The notes below the pieces were generated by a model. It did no database searches, was not told the DNA's origin, and saw only the letters and a program-made list of their open reading frames with translations. A program made the position numbers and the translations under genes. A DNA stretch of 63,648 nucleotides, counting the filler, from Octopus bimaculoides (lineage: Eukaryota): assembly GCF_001194135.2 (NCBI RefSeq). It is 7 parts of 7 records of this genome, joined end to end, with 100 filler letters (N's around TTAATTAATTAA, not from the genome) between each part and the next. Parts side by side here need not be neighbours in the genome. Positions count along the whole stretch, not along the records: positions 23,454 to 37,463 come from NC_068993.1; 6 more parts are not named here. One strand, 5' to 3'. Within the stretch, counting starts at the first letter, position 1; every line of letters begins with the position of its first letter. This document shows positions 23,512 to 34,731 of the stretch, in pieces.

Positions 23512-24251
23512 AATAGAAGAACACAAATAGGATTTAAAATCTACTACAACTGTTTCAGTAGTATTATAATGACGTATTCATAGATTACATCCTCAGGTGA
23601 AATTTGAAACATGTATAAACATGCAAGGTATAATCTAGATGACCTATTGAACAACAATAGGTCATCTAGGTTTGGCCTTTTTATACCTGTTTTAAATTTT
23701 ACCAGAGGATGGTGGATTTATCCCAAGATGTAGTGTATGAATGCGCCATTAAGAGGCCACTGATAGAGCTGTAGTAAACTTTAAACCCCATTTCTGTTCT
23801 TTTATATCAACGCCACGCTTGGAACCAACGATGGCTCGGATCTACGTTTTATATTGCATGTTGTACCTATATATAACCTATATAAAATATCCCTGCAGTA
23901 TACTACCTACTAATGATCCCTAATAATTTTTTTTGGCTAATGTTTTGATGCATGTACATTCTAATGTATTCCGTAATTAATCTATCTATCTACCTACCTG
24001 TTTGTATGTCTGTCTGTGTGTTTGTGTCTGTCTGTTTGTCTTACTGTCTATCTCCGTATCTCTGGATGTCTGTTTGCATATCTGTCGGTCTATGTATGTA
24101 TGTATGTATATATGTATGTATGTATGTAAGTATGTATGTATGTATGTATGTATGTATGTATGTATATATATATGTGTGTGTATGTATGTATGTTTGTGTG
24201 AATGTGATAGTGCGATATATAGTTATTGATGTGTGTTTTTCTGTTTCGCAG

Positions 24252-25069
24252 GAAAAGCAGACCCAAAATATACACTGGAAATTGATCTGCAGAAGTTAAT
24301 TGAGGATTTAGTTTGGAAAAAGTTTATGAAAAGTCTTCGTTTTTCGTTTCTTGGATGTTTCTATCGCCGAAATGACTATCATATCGAAATTAGGTGGAGT
24401 TACTTTAGCTTCAAGGATGTTTTTCAATTGGAAAAGGCCCCGCAAGAAGAGCCAATAGAATCCCAGACTCATTACTCAACCATATATACGTGCCAGAGAG
24501 CCGGACCGCAGAATCATACATTCAATGCACAGGGTTCGCAAACTGAGTCTCAGTTGATAAGTTTACAAAAGAATTACAGTATTGGAGGAAAAGTATCGTT
24601 AAATGTAGCAGGATTAGAATTCAATGTCGGCAGCGAACACCAAAGTGGCAGTGAAAGCCAGATAGAAACGACCACCTCATGGTCGGATAGCACCGAGTTT
24701 ACTTTGAATGCAAACGATTCCGCTAAAGTAGTTATTACAAATAGAAAGGAAAAATCAAACGAAAATTTTACAGTGAAAACTGTGTTACGATTGAGACCGA
24801 CACACCCTGGATGGGGAGCTCCTGTGATTGTTAGAAAGAAATCTAACCGTAAGAAAGTGTTCCAACATGAAATTATCTCATTCAAAGAGCTGTTTGAAGC
24901 GTACAGTGAATGTAAAGACTTGGTGGAGATTCGACCGCATGCTCACTTACAACAATTCGAAGGCGGCAAGAGTCAATATTATGATGAAGCTTATATATTT
25001 TCCAGAGGAATATTGACAAGTCAAGAGGAAAAACGGACTGTTGACGTAGCTTCCAGAGACAAAGAATAA
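24252..25069 (+). CDS. Aerolysin-like ETX/MTX2-family beta-pore-forming protein, paralog 1 (terminal exon; first exon not found)
   Basis: Open 272-codon exon after the acceptor TTTCGCAG| (phase 1). Pre-stem YSTIYTCQ..QNHTFNAQGSQTES, amphipathic hairpin NYSIGGKVSLNVAGLEFNVGSE, TTTSWSDSTEFTL..SAKVVI..NFTVKTVL and terminal FSRGIL, as in molluscan ETX/MTX2 proteins. Family call is by motif recognition, not search. Confidence 0.75.
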
Positions 25070-25648
25070 TTATAAAGTGATCATTATTTCACAATTGATT
25101 ATTTTATCCACTAACAACTCACGATTAATAATAAATTGGCATCGCATCCCTAACACCATCAAAAATCTACAGCGTTTCAACTCTACACTCGTGACCTCGG
25201 CCTACATCGATTCGTGTTTCAATGAANNNNNNNNNNNNNNNNNNNNNNNNNNNNNNNNNNNNNNNNNNNNNNNNNNNNNNNNNNNNNNNNNNNNNNNNNN
25301 NNNNNNNNNNNNNNNNNNNNNNNNNNNNNNNNNNNNNNNNNNNNNNNNNNNNNNNNNNNNNNNNNNNNNNNNNNNNNNNNNNNNNNNNNNNNNNNNNNNN
25401 NNNNNNNNNNNNNNNNNNNNNNNNNNNNNNNNNNNNNNNNNNNNNNNNNNNNNNNNNNNNNNNNNNNNNNNNNNNNNNNNNNNNNNNNNNNNNNNNNNNN
25501 NNNNNNNNNNNNNNNNNNNNNNNNNNNNNNNNNNNNNNNNNNNNNNNNNNNNNNNNNNNNNNNNNNNNNNNNNNNNNNNNNNNNNNNNNNNNNNNNNNNN
25601 NNNNNNNNNNNNNNNNNNNNNNNNNNNNNNNNNNNNNNNNNNNNNNNN

Positions 25649-25945
25649 TTCTTATTTCTGATATTAAATTTTTCTAATTTCTAACATTAAATTTGTCTTA
25701 TTTCTAACTTTAATTTTTCTTATTTCTAACATTAAATTTTTCTTATTTCTGATATTAAATTTTTCTAATTTCTAACATTAAATTTGTCTTATTTCTAACT
25801 TTAATTTTTCTTATTTCTAACATCAAATTTTTCTTATTTCTGATATTAAATTTTTCTAATTTCTAACATTAAATTTGTCTTATTTCTAACTTTAATTTTT
25901 CTTATTTCTAACATTAAATTTGTCTTATTTCTAACCTTAATTTTT
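25649..25945. repeat. Minisatellite, 91-bp higher-order unit of four ~22-bp subunits
   Basis: TCTTATTTCTGAT recurs at 25650, 25741 and 25832; subunit approximately TCTTATTTCTAACATTAAATTT. Confidence 0.85.
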
Positions 25946-27289
25946 TTTTTTTCTAACTTCAATTTTTTCCTATTCTAATTTTTTTAAATAATGCATGATG
26001 AATAAAACAAGGCAACTACTACTTTTCCTTTGTTTCCCTAAATTTTAAACCTTTTTTCACCATTTCTTGCGAAGACCAGCATTAGTTTTTGTTTTTGTTA
26101 TTTGATCTCCATTGTACTACAAAGTCAAAACGATTAAAGATCGTTGTTTTCTCACCCTCACTTTCATCTTCTCTCTTCTCTACACACGCAAGTATGCATA
26201 TATGCAGGGTAATTCAAATTGAATGGTGCAAAATTACACATAATTGATTGGGTTATGTGGCAAAAGCACGGGTGTAGCCGTCTGCCATGTGGCCGAGGGT
26301 CCCACTTTGATCAACTTTAACTTAATAAAACACGGAGAGCTAATATTTCATATTGCATCTTTATTTTTGCAATATACGAATATAGATTAAAACCATTGCC
26401 GTTATGTTTTCCTTTTGTACCATTCAGTTTCAGTTACCCCGTATATATATGTATGTATGTATATGTGTATGTATGTATGTATGTATTATGTATGTGTGTG
26501 TTTGTATATGTATACATATATATGTTTATGCATATATATGTATGTATGTATATATANNNNNNNNNNNNNNNNNNNNNNNNNNNNNNNNNNNNNNNNNNNN
26601 NNNNNNNNNNNNNNNNNNNNNNNNNNNNNNNNNNNNNNNNNNNNNNNNNNNNNNNNNNNNNNNNNNNNNNNNNNNNNNNNNNNNNNNNNNNNNNNNNNNN
26701 NNNNNNNNNNNNNNNNNNNNNNNNNNNNNNNNNNNNNNNNNNNNNNNNNNNNNNNNNNNNNNNNNNCATATATATATATGAAAACTCAAGATAGGAAAGT
26801 AATACTCCTATAGAAAGCCCTAGAGGAAAATTGTCTATTTCCATAGGAGTTCTATCAATATCCCAACTGTCATGAGGAACTTGGTCACAACCAACAGCAG
26901 CAGAATTTCTAATCTATTGGAGAACATAGAAAGCTTCATCTAGGATGCACTCCCATTGTAACGAAGCACTAACAAAAGGTTACTTTTTTGATAAGTTAAG
27001 AATATAAGATCTCCTACTCAAATCCAAATCCAAATCCAAAGACAAATAGAAAAGCAAGGCAATCTGGTATTCACTATTCAGTCTGAATATTTCCACTAGC
27101 ATAGCTAGGAGTTTCCTATCGCTAATCAGGTACTATTCTCCAAAAACCTACAAATATTGTGAACTCTTTAATTCTCATAATGTTAAATGTAGCTACTCAT
27201 GTTTTGATAAGAATTGCTTCCAATATTCCATGCCACAATGGAAGCAAAACGTGCACGTACACAGATTGTATCCCACTTCCCGGCATATA

Positions 27290-27480
27290 ACAGTCAAAAT
27301 CCTGCCAACACATCTCTAATAGGATTGTGTTTTTCAAAGATTGTTGTCTATAAAACCACCTTCACACTAACTGATAACATCTCGAGACACTATATAAACA
27401 TAACAGCCAATGATTTCAAGGGACGATTTATGCCACATATGCATTCTTTCAGATTTGGGGATATGAAAGAACCATCACTT
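27290..27480 (+). mobile_element. Penelope-like GIY-YIG endonuclease remnant
   Basis: CFSKIVVYKTTFT...RHYINITANDFKGRFMPHMHSFR resembles PLE VVYKATV...YIGLT..FKTRYNNHKSSF. Confidence 0.6.
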
Positions 27481-28789
27481 TCTTGCCCTGCTTCATCTGG
27501 AGACTCCAGGAAAAAGGAAACGACTATCCCAACAACACACGGAGTATTTTTTTGACAAGGCTTCCCCTTACTCGCCTACAATCTGTATTTGGTCGAGTCT
27601 GCTTTCGTAAGAAACTGCATATACTGTCAAAGAAAAAGAGCCGCCTGTCTCATTAATCTCACTAAAAATACACTCGTCAAGTCATTGGCCACTGAGAATC
27701 CAGAAATACCAATGTAACCCTAGCTAGCCCACGAACAAGTACATAGTGTATAATCTCCGTCTGCGCACATGGGATTATTACCTCTACAGTGTGCTAGCGT
27801 TCAGATTAATTTGTCAAATGTAATGTTTACCTGTTCACACCAATTTTGATTTATTCAGGTTCAAATGGGGTGTCAACAATATTTGCTTGTAACTTTGTTA
27901 ATTTTCTACATACAGAATTGAAATTTTGTAAATGGGTGCTTATATGCCNNNNNNNNNNNNNNNNNNNNNNNNNNNNNNNNNNNNNNNNNNNNNNNNNNNN
28001 NNNNNNNNNNNNNNNNNNNNNNNNNNNNNNNNNNNNNNNNNNNNNNNNNNNNNNNNNNNNNNNNNNNNNNNNNNNNNNNNNNNNNNNNNNNNNNNNNNNN
28101 NNNNNNNNNNNNNNNNNNNNNNNNNNNNNNNNNNNNNNNNNNNNNNNNNNNNNNNNNNNNNNNNNNNNNNNNNNNNNNNNNNNNNNNNNNNNNNNNNNNN
28201 NNNNNNNNNNNNNNNNNNNNNNNNNNNNNNNNNNNNNNNNNNNNNNNNNNNNNNNNNNNNNNNNNNNNNNNNNNNNNNNNNNNNNNNNNNNNNNNNNNNN
28301 NNNNNNNNNNNNNNNNNNNNNNNNNNNNNNNNNNNNNNNNNNNNNNNNNNNNNNNNNNNNNNNNNNNNNNNNNNNNNNNNNNNNNNNNNNNNNNNNNNNN
28401 NNNNNNNNNNNNNNNNNNNNNNNNNNNNNNNNNNNNNNNNNNNNNNNNNNNNNNNNNNNNNNNNNNNNNNNNNNNNNNNNNNNNNNNNNNNNNNNNNNNN
28501 NNNNNNNNNNNNNNNNNNNNNNNNNNNNNNNNNNNNNNNNNNNNNNNNNNNNNNNNNNNNNNNNNNNNNNNNNNNNNNNNNNNNNNNNNNNNNNNNNNNN
28601 NNNNNNNNNNNNNNNNNNNNNNNNNNNNNNNNNNNNNNNNNNNNNNNNNNNNNNNNNNNNNNNNNNNNNNNNNNNNNNNNNNNNNNNNNNNNNNNNNNNN
28701 NNNNNNNNNATTTTAAATGGTCATAGTCCTTTGGTGGTGGAGGTAGTCCTTTGTGGCTTTTTACATATACAATATATGAATTAACTATA

Positions 28790-30310
28790 ATTAAATTAAC
28801 TAAAAGCTACAAAATGTACCGCTATCATTTCTTCCCAGGTTGACCAACTGGGTAATATATACGATATTGGTCACATTTATCAACCCCATCCATATATTTG
28901 TTATAACAAATATTCACTAGGGGTTTCCCCTCAGCACCAGCATCAGGTTGTTCATTAGTAAACAGAAATAAAATCTGTCTTTTGTCTTTGAAAGCAGTAG
29001 CTAATAAATTTTCCTTTTGCATTTGTAAAATGTCCCCTTTTTTAAAAAAAATGTTTTTATTTCACGGGGTAAACCTTTACGGTTGCCCATAACAGTACTG
29101 TGTAAGTACTTACATGGGCAAGATTTTCTACCAAAGCCATTGAAGAAAAAAAAAAAGGTCAAAATAGAGGTGTTGGTGCTGGTGGTGAAATGATTCAGTA
29201 AGAGACCATATTACATCCTGTCCCAATCCATATGGTCTTTTTCGATTATATTTTTTTACCTATGTAAACATCGAAGTTTACACAATATCCAGTGTCTGAT
29301 TCACAAACTTCCCGTACCTTGATCCCCCATTTAGTGAGTTTGGCAGGCATGTACCGCCGAAAATGTACTCTGCCCTTATAGCATATCATGGCTTCATCTA
29401 CACTGAGATTTTTACCAGGTAGATACAAAGTTTTATAACTGTTAAGGAGTAAATCAATTACAGGACGTACTTTGTACAGGGGTTCGTAGTTTGGGTCGTT
29501 TTTGCTGGGGGCATTAACAGAATAAATTAAATGTAAATACTGAGATATGTTCGAATACCTCGTCTCTTCGACATTATACTTGAGATATACGGATCACCAT
29601 ACCTTATATCAAGACTCCAATAGTTCCACAGTCGAGAAAACTGTTTAACACCAAACATAATATTGATTGTGAAAACGTTCTCATTTCCGCAGTATAAGTT
29701 GGCTGCTATAGTGGATTGATTTTTCCGCGAATAGAAATTACACGTTGCGCATATTTGTTTCTTTCCTCCGTAACATTTTCAAAAAACTTTCCGGTAAAAA
29801 CAAAAATTGATAGTCCAATGGTTGAATATCAGGAGGTAAACTGTGCTGTGGACCAGTATTTTCTGAGAAATCAGAAATAGTGATTGGTATTGTAATCTTT
29901 GACCATGTTGCCATGTTTACGATATCATTTTCATCACTTTCATTTTTAGCACGTTCGTTCTCAAAATCTTCCTCGTCCGACGAATACTCACTAATATCGA
30001 TATCAGAGTCGTCGGCAGACAAAAAACTCTTGCTTTCATTTATATTTTCTATATCGTCAAGAGTAAAACTAAGGTACCTACTTCTCTTCAAACGTTGAAA
30101 CAACCACATGGTCTAAACAATTTCACAGTATTTATACTTGGATAAAGGCGGGAAAAGCTTCATTTCGCATTATCTCAAAGCTACGAGTATTCAATAACAT
30201 GATTTGTTTATTTTTTTAGCGATTTCGTAGAGCAGTCGGATACGGCCGGATTTGGCCGGTTTGAACAAATAAAGGGGGAAATAATTTTGGCCGGTTTGAA
30301 CACTAAAGGG
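28790..30310 (-). mobile_element. piggyBac (PGBD4-like) transposon, decayed and internally deleted
   Basis: NLSVDEAMICYKGRVHFRRYMPAKLTKWGIKV..CESDTGYC.NFDVYIG, YNKYMDGVDKCDQY and an acidic N-terminus; TIR CCCTTTAGTGTTCAAACCGGCC at 30310. The other end is probably in the gap. Confidence 0.9.
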
Positions 30311-30399
30311 TTATATTCACATCGCTGGCTATATTCGCATCACTCAGCCTTGCTTGGAATGCAATCTTATATGTAACTTGACCATCACAACCTGCCATT

Positions 30400-30700
30400 G
30401 ACATTGCCGAAAGATCAAATCTACAATGAGCTAATTACCTGACATCAACATCCTATCTTCTCTATAACGTGAATTCGACCATGAAAGAATCATTTTGTCA
30501 CCTGATTGCAATGTGCAATTTGGTCGTTTCCCTTTTATCCCAGTGTCTGAAGCTCAAGGTGTGATTATTGAACCTGGCCTTGAAATTCCCCTCTGTAAGG
30601 CCCACATATTTCTTTGTCGAAACTGTGCCCTTGGTCCCCACCTCCAAGATCACAGATAGAACTTGCTTTTTATATTGTGTCCATGTACAAGCTTTTTATC
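30400..30700 (-). mobile_element. Penelope-like GIY-YIG remnant
   Basis: KKYVGLTEG-FKARFNNHTLSFRH.DKRETTKLH on the minus strand. Confidence 0.6.
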
Positions 30701-32055
30701 TCTCTATACTTTTTATATATATTTCTTATATATTTTTTACAAATTTAAGAGAGAGATTTGACGCTAATATCCATTATTATTGTAATAATGGATATTAGCG
30801 TCAAGTCTCTCTCTTAAATTTAAATTTAAAAGTTTGGATATATAAACAAGGAGAATGATCCCTAAGGAGTCTNNNNNNNNNNNNNNNNNNNNNNNNNNNN
30901 NNNNNNNNNNNNNNNNNNNNNNNNNNNNNNNNNNNNNNNNNNNNNNNNNNNNNNNNNNNNNNNNNNNNNNNNNNNNNNNNNNNNNNNNNNNNNNNNNNNN
31001 NNNNNNNNNNNNNNNNNNNNNNNNNNNNNNNNNNNNNNNNNNNNNNNNNNNNNNNNNNNNNNNNNNNNNNNNNNNNNNNNNNNNNNNNNNNNNNNNNNNN
31101 GTGTGTGTGTGTGTGTGTGCATATATGGCTACAGGACATCACAAAACGTAAACAACATGAAATCCGAAATACAAAAAAACAACATGAAGACAAATGAGAT
31201 CCGAAAATCTCTCCCACTCTCAGGAGCAACATCTGGCGCCTTGCTTTACGCCATTGATTGAAGGCTTATCACCGCTACCTGCTGCTTTCCGTGTTGTAGG
31301 CGAAGCTGGATTGTCCTCTCCAGGTGGATGGTGCGGATGTGTTGATGAGTAATACGTAGTGGTGGTCGAATACCAGCCTAGGTGGTGTGTTGTAGGAGAC
31401 AGTATGATGCCTATGCAGTATGATGCCTCTCTTCACAACACTGCTGGGTTCAAAGGAACAGTAGGACTGTCACAGTTTGGCAGTAGCCATGTTACAGTGG
31501 CTGCCAGGACGAAGTTGTAATCAACGACGAACTGCCTTATGGGCTCTAACTCCGGATTTTCCATCGAGAGTTACGCTTGAAGCCTTCCCATGACTGGGTA
31601 TTACTGCAAGGCAGCAGAGATTTGGAGTCAGAGTTTTCCTTCTCTTAGATGGACTGGCTACCAAGGTCGACAACCTCTGTCTGTCCTTATGTAGCAGGTA
31701 GCATTGAGTTACTTGGTAGCCAGTAGCAGGAAAAAATCAGGGAAACCAGAAAAATCAGTCCTGACTGTAATATAGATATGTACATGCTATTGGATGGTCG
31801 TTGACTCACAACAGTTTCTCCCTTCATTGACAGGTTTTTTGCTTTTTACCCTGCAGGATGTCCAAGCAAGCTTGGTGAAGTTGCTGGTGTAGTCTCCGGC
31901 GACCCGAGCTTTAAGAGACTAAGAGGAGGTTGAAAAAGTAGTTGACCGGACAAAAAAAAAAGCGTATCGTTTAAGACAACTTCAAAACAAGGGACATGAC
32001 TTTGGTTTGTGCTTTCACATCGCTTGTGGATATTCTCTCACCTTTTTAGCCTTTT

Positions 32056-32098
32056 AGTCCTTTCTGTTGAAAGGCGTAGGCTCGAAACGTAAAAGACT
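32056..32098 (+). ncRNA. Degenerate minimal type-I hammerhead ribozyme motif
   Basis: AGTCCTTT-CTGTTGA-AAGGC GTAG GCTC-GAAA-CG-TA/AAAGACT. One core substitution (A6U) and an imperfect stem II. Confidence 0.5.
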
Positions 32099-32460
32099 TT
32101 TCCATTCTCCCCAAGTGTTAAACTAATACACCTGCTTGTTGCTCTTGCACCTGTCTTCATCTTTTGTTTTCTGTAAATTTGAACTATATATATATATATA
32201 AACTGTTATGTTATTTTATATTTAAAAACAAAATGATTCAAAAACCCGTTTACAAACTCTTTGCTATGAATGACCAATTTTAAATACTACTGGAACTTAC
32301 TCACAAGGTACAGGAATCTTACATGTATACCATTCTGCCTAAATAATGGATCTACAGATGCAATATCCCTACATAACTCACATCTATTTTCATTCCTCCA
32401 CTTCACTCTCTATTTCATATCTCATCTAGAATAACTATTGCTTAACCATTTTCTCACACC

Positions 32461-32508
32461 GTCTCCGATGAAGGGATATATAAAATATCTTGAAAACAGC
32501 TGTAAGAC
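32461..32508 (+). ncRNA. Minimal type-I hammerhead ribozyme motif in a Penelope-like pLTR remnant
   Basis: GTCT-CCGATGA-AGGGATA tataaaa TATCTT-GAAA(A)-CAGCTG-TA/AGAC, with palindromic stem III and a GUA triplet. Confidence 0.6.
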
Positions 32509-33427
32509 CTTCTATTTATAAATGTTCTGAAATCTTTCACAGCCTTGGATTTTTATCTCATTCTGTTAATTTATATATATATATATATATATATGGGGCG
32601 GGGTGAATAAGAAGAAAATTAAGCGAAAATGCACAGTGGAAATCAAAAAAAATAAACGCTTTTTATGAAAAGTAACGATAGATGTATACAATTAGATGAA
32701 CTGAGGTAGGAATAAAAATAATAAAAGTCATTATTGTGAATTGTTAAAGAGATTCAAAAGCATACCGGTTTCGTAAAGTTTTTAATCATTGCTTTGAATG
32801 CACACCAATTATTGAACGGTGTCAGGTCTACTAGTCCCCGAGTAAAAAGATTATGTGAAAGGGAGGTAAGTAGTTCTGGATTTGGTGCAATTAGGGTAGA
32901 TATAGATCTGTAATGTGAATGGTGTATGGGATGTATGGAGGTTAGTTGTATTAATTGAAAGGTTAGTAGTGTTCTGTATTGTGTTATGTGTTCATATTTA
33001 GTTGTGGAAGATATTTATTGATCAAAGTTGTCTCTTTATTCATTCTTTGTTGTGCTGAGGTGTTCTGTGAACATTGATAGAAGGGAAAATTAGGAAATTA
33101 GGATTAAGATTCCTAGCACACCTTTCTATGTGTCCACTGACCTATATCTGTCTGTATTGTGGGTGGTGGATTTGTGGGTGGTGGATTTGTGGGTGGCGGA
33201 TATGTTATATATATGTTTTTTTATCTGGGTGGGTATATATTCTTTTACTTGTTTCAGTCATTTGCCTACAGCCATACTAGAGCACCGCTTTTAGTCGGGC
33301 AAATCAACCCCAACCTTATTCTTTGTAAGCCTGGTACTTTTTCTATCGGTCTCTTTTGCTGAGCCGCTACGTTACAGGGACGTAAACACACCAGCATCGG
33401 TTGTCAAGCGATGTTGGGGTGGGGGGA

Positions 33428-33462
<35 letters not shown>

Positions 33463-33628
33463 CGATGGGCTTCTTTCAGTTTCCGTCTACCAAATCCAAT
33501 CACAAGGCTTTGGTCGGCCCGAGGATATAATAGATGACACTTGAACAAGTTGCCACGCAGTGGGATTGAACCCAGAACCACGTGGTTGGTAAATAAGCTA
33601 CTTACCACACAGCCACTTCTGCACCTAT

Positions 33629-33717
33629 AAAAAATATGGAAAGCTTCACGAATTTGCGAGTCATCCTTGCGCATGCGCCATGCTAATCTTCTCTGTATCA
33701 CTCCAATTTTAGAATAT
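33629..33717 (-). pseudogene. U6: U6 snRNA retropseudogene, lacking the 5' stem-loop
   Basis: Minus strand ATATTCTAAAATTGGAGTGATACAGAGAAGATTAGCATGGCGCATGCGCAAGGATGACTCGCAAATTCGTGAAGCTTTCCATATTTTT matches U6 nt ~21-107 with ~7 substitutions. Confidence 0.92.
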
Positions 33718-34605
33718 CTATCACTCCACCTGGTGTGTATATATTTTGGCTACTTTTTTTTATAATATTGTACATTTATGTAGGGGTTTGTATGTTTGTG
33801 TTTGTGTATATATGTGTGCGTGTTTGCATGCATGTATGAAAGCGCTTGTGTGTGTATCTTATATGTACATGTATTATACTTGTGAATGTGAGTTTGCATA
33901 TTTCAGGTGTGTCACATATGCTCATACATAAACACACACACAAACACACAAACACACACGCCACACGCACACACTCACACTTACACGCGCGCGCGCGCAT
34001 ATATATACATAAGCAATTCGGAAAGGGATAGAAAATCGATTGTCAGAATGAGCATGGAGGCTTGTCATAGGATTATTTAGAATTAGCGAAGTGCATGGAG
34101 GTCGAGTAGTATTTATGCTTACATGAATAAATAACGTCAAAGAATCTATTTAACAGCGAAGAGTTGTGGAGACGAAGAATAGTGACTCTTTTATACATAA
34201 TTCACATTTATCTATATTTATATTGTAGGGGGAGGGATCTTCAGCTGCTATAGACCATGACAGGGCGCATTGGGTATCTTATGATTTGTGGTTATGCATG
34301 TGTGTTGCTAAAGAGGTAAATAGTTTAGATTTTGGATTAGTGAAAGAATTCCTATGAGCACGATAACGGAGTTCAAAAAGCAGTGTCGCCGATATACACC
34401 CTGCAGCGGCCGTAGGGCTTATAAAACTCTACCTGTTTTATTTGTGATATCGTTTTTTACTGGGTGTCGAATTATGTATTCTTAATATCCACACACATTT
34501 ATAGTTTTCTTTTCGATTAAATGTATTTTTTATATGAAAATAGACGTATCTAGCTTGCTAGTCGTTGCTTTACCTATATATATATGTGTGTGTGTGTGTG
34601 TGTTG

Positions 34606-34695
<90 letters not shown>

Positions 34696-34731
34696 TATAG
34701 TTATTGATATTTGTTCTTCTCTGTTTTTCAG

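Noticed and set aside
34257-34321. Candidate leader exon for toxin paralog 2 (MTGRIGYLMICGYACVLLK|GTAAAT)
   Set aside because: Ends in phase 2 (the alternative ATG gives phase 0), incompatible with the phase-1 acceptor at 34732; no counterpart upstream of paralog 1.
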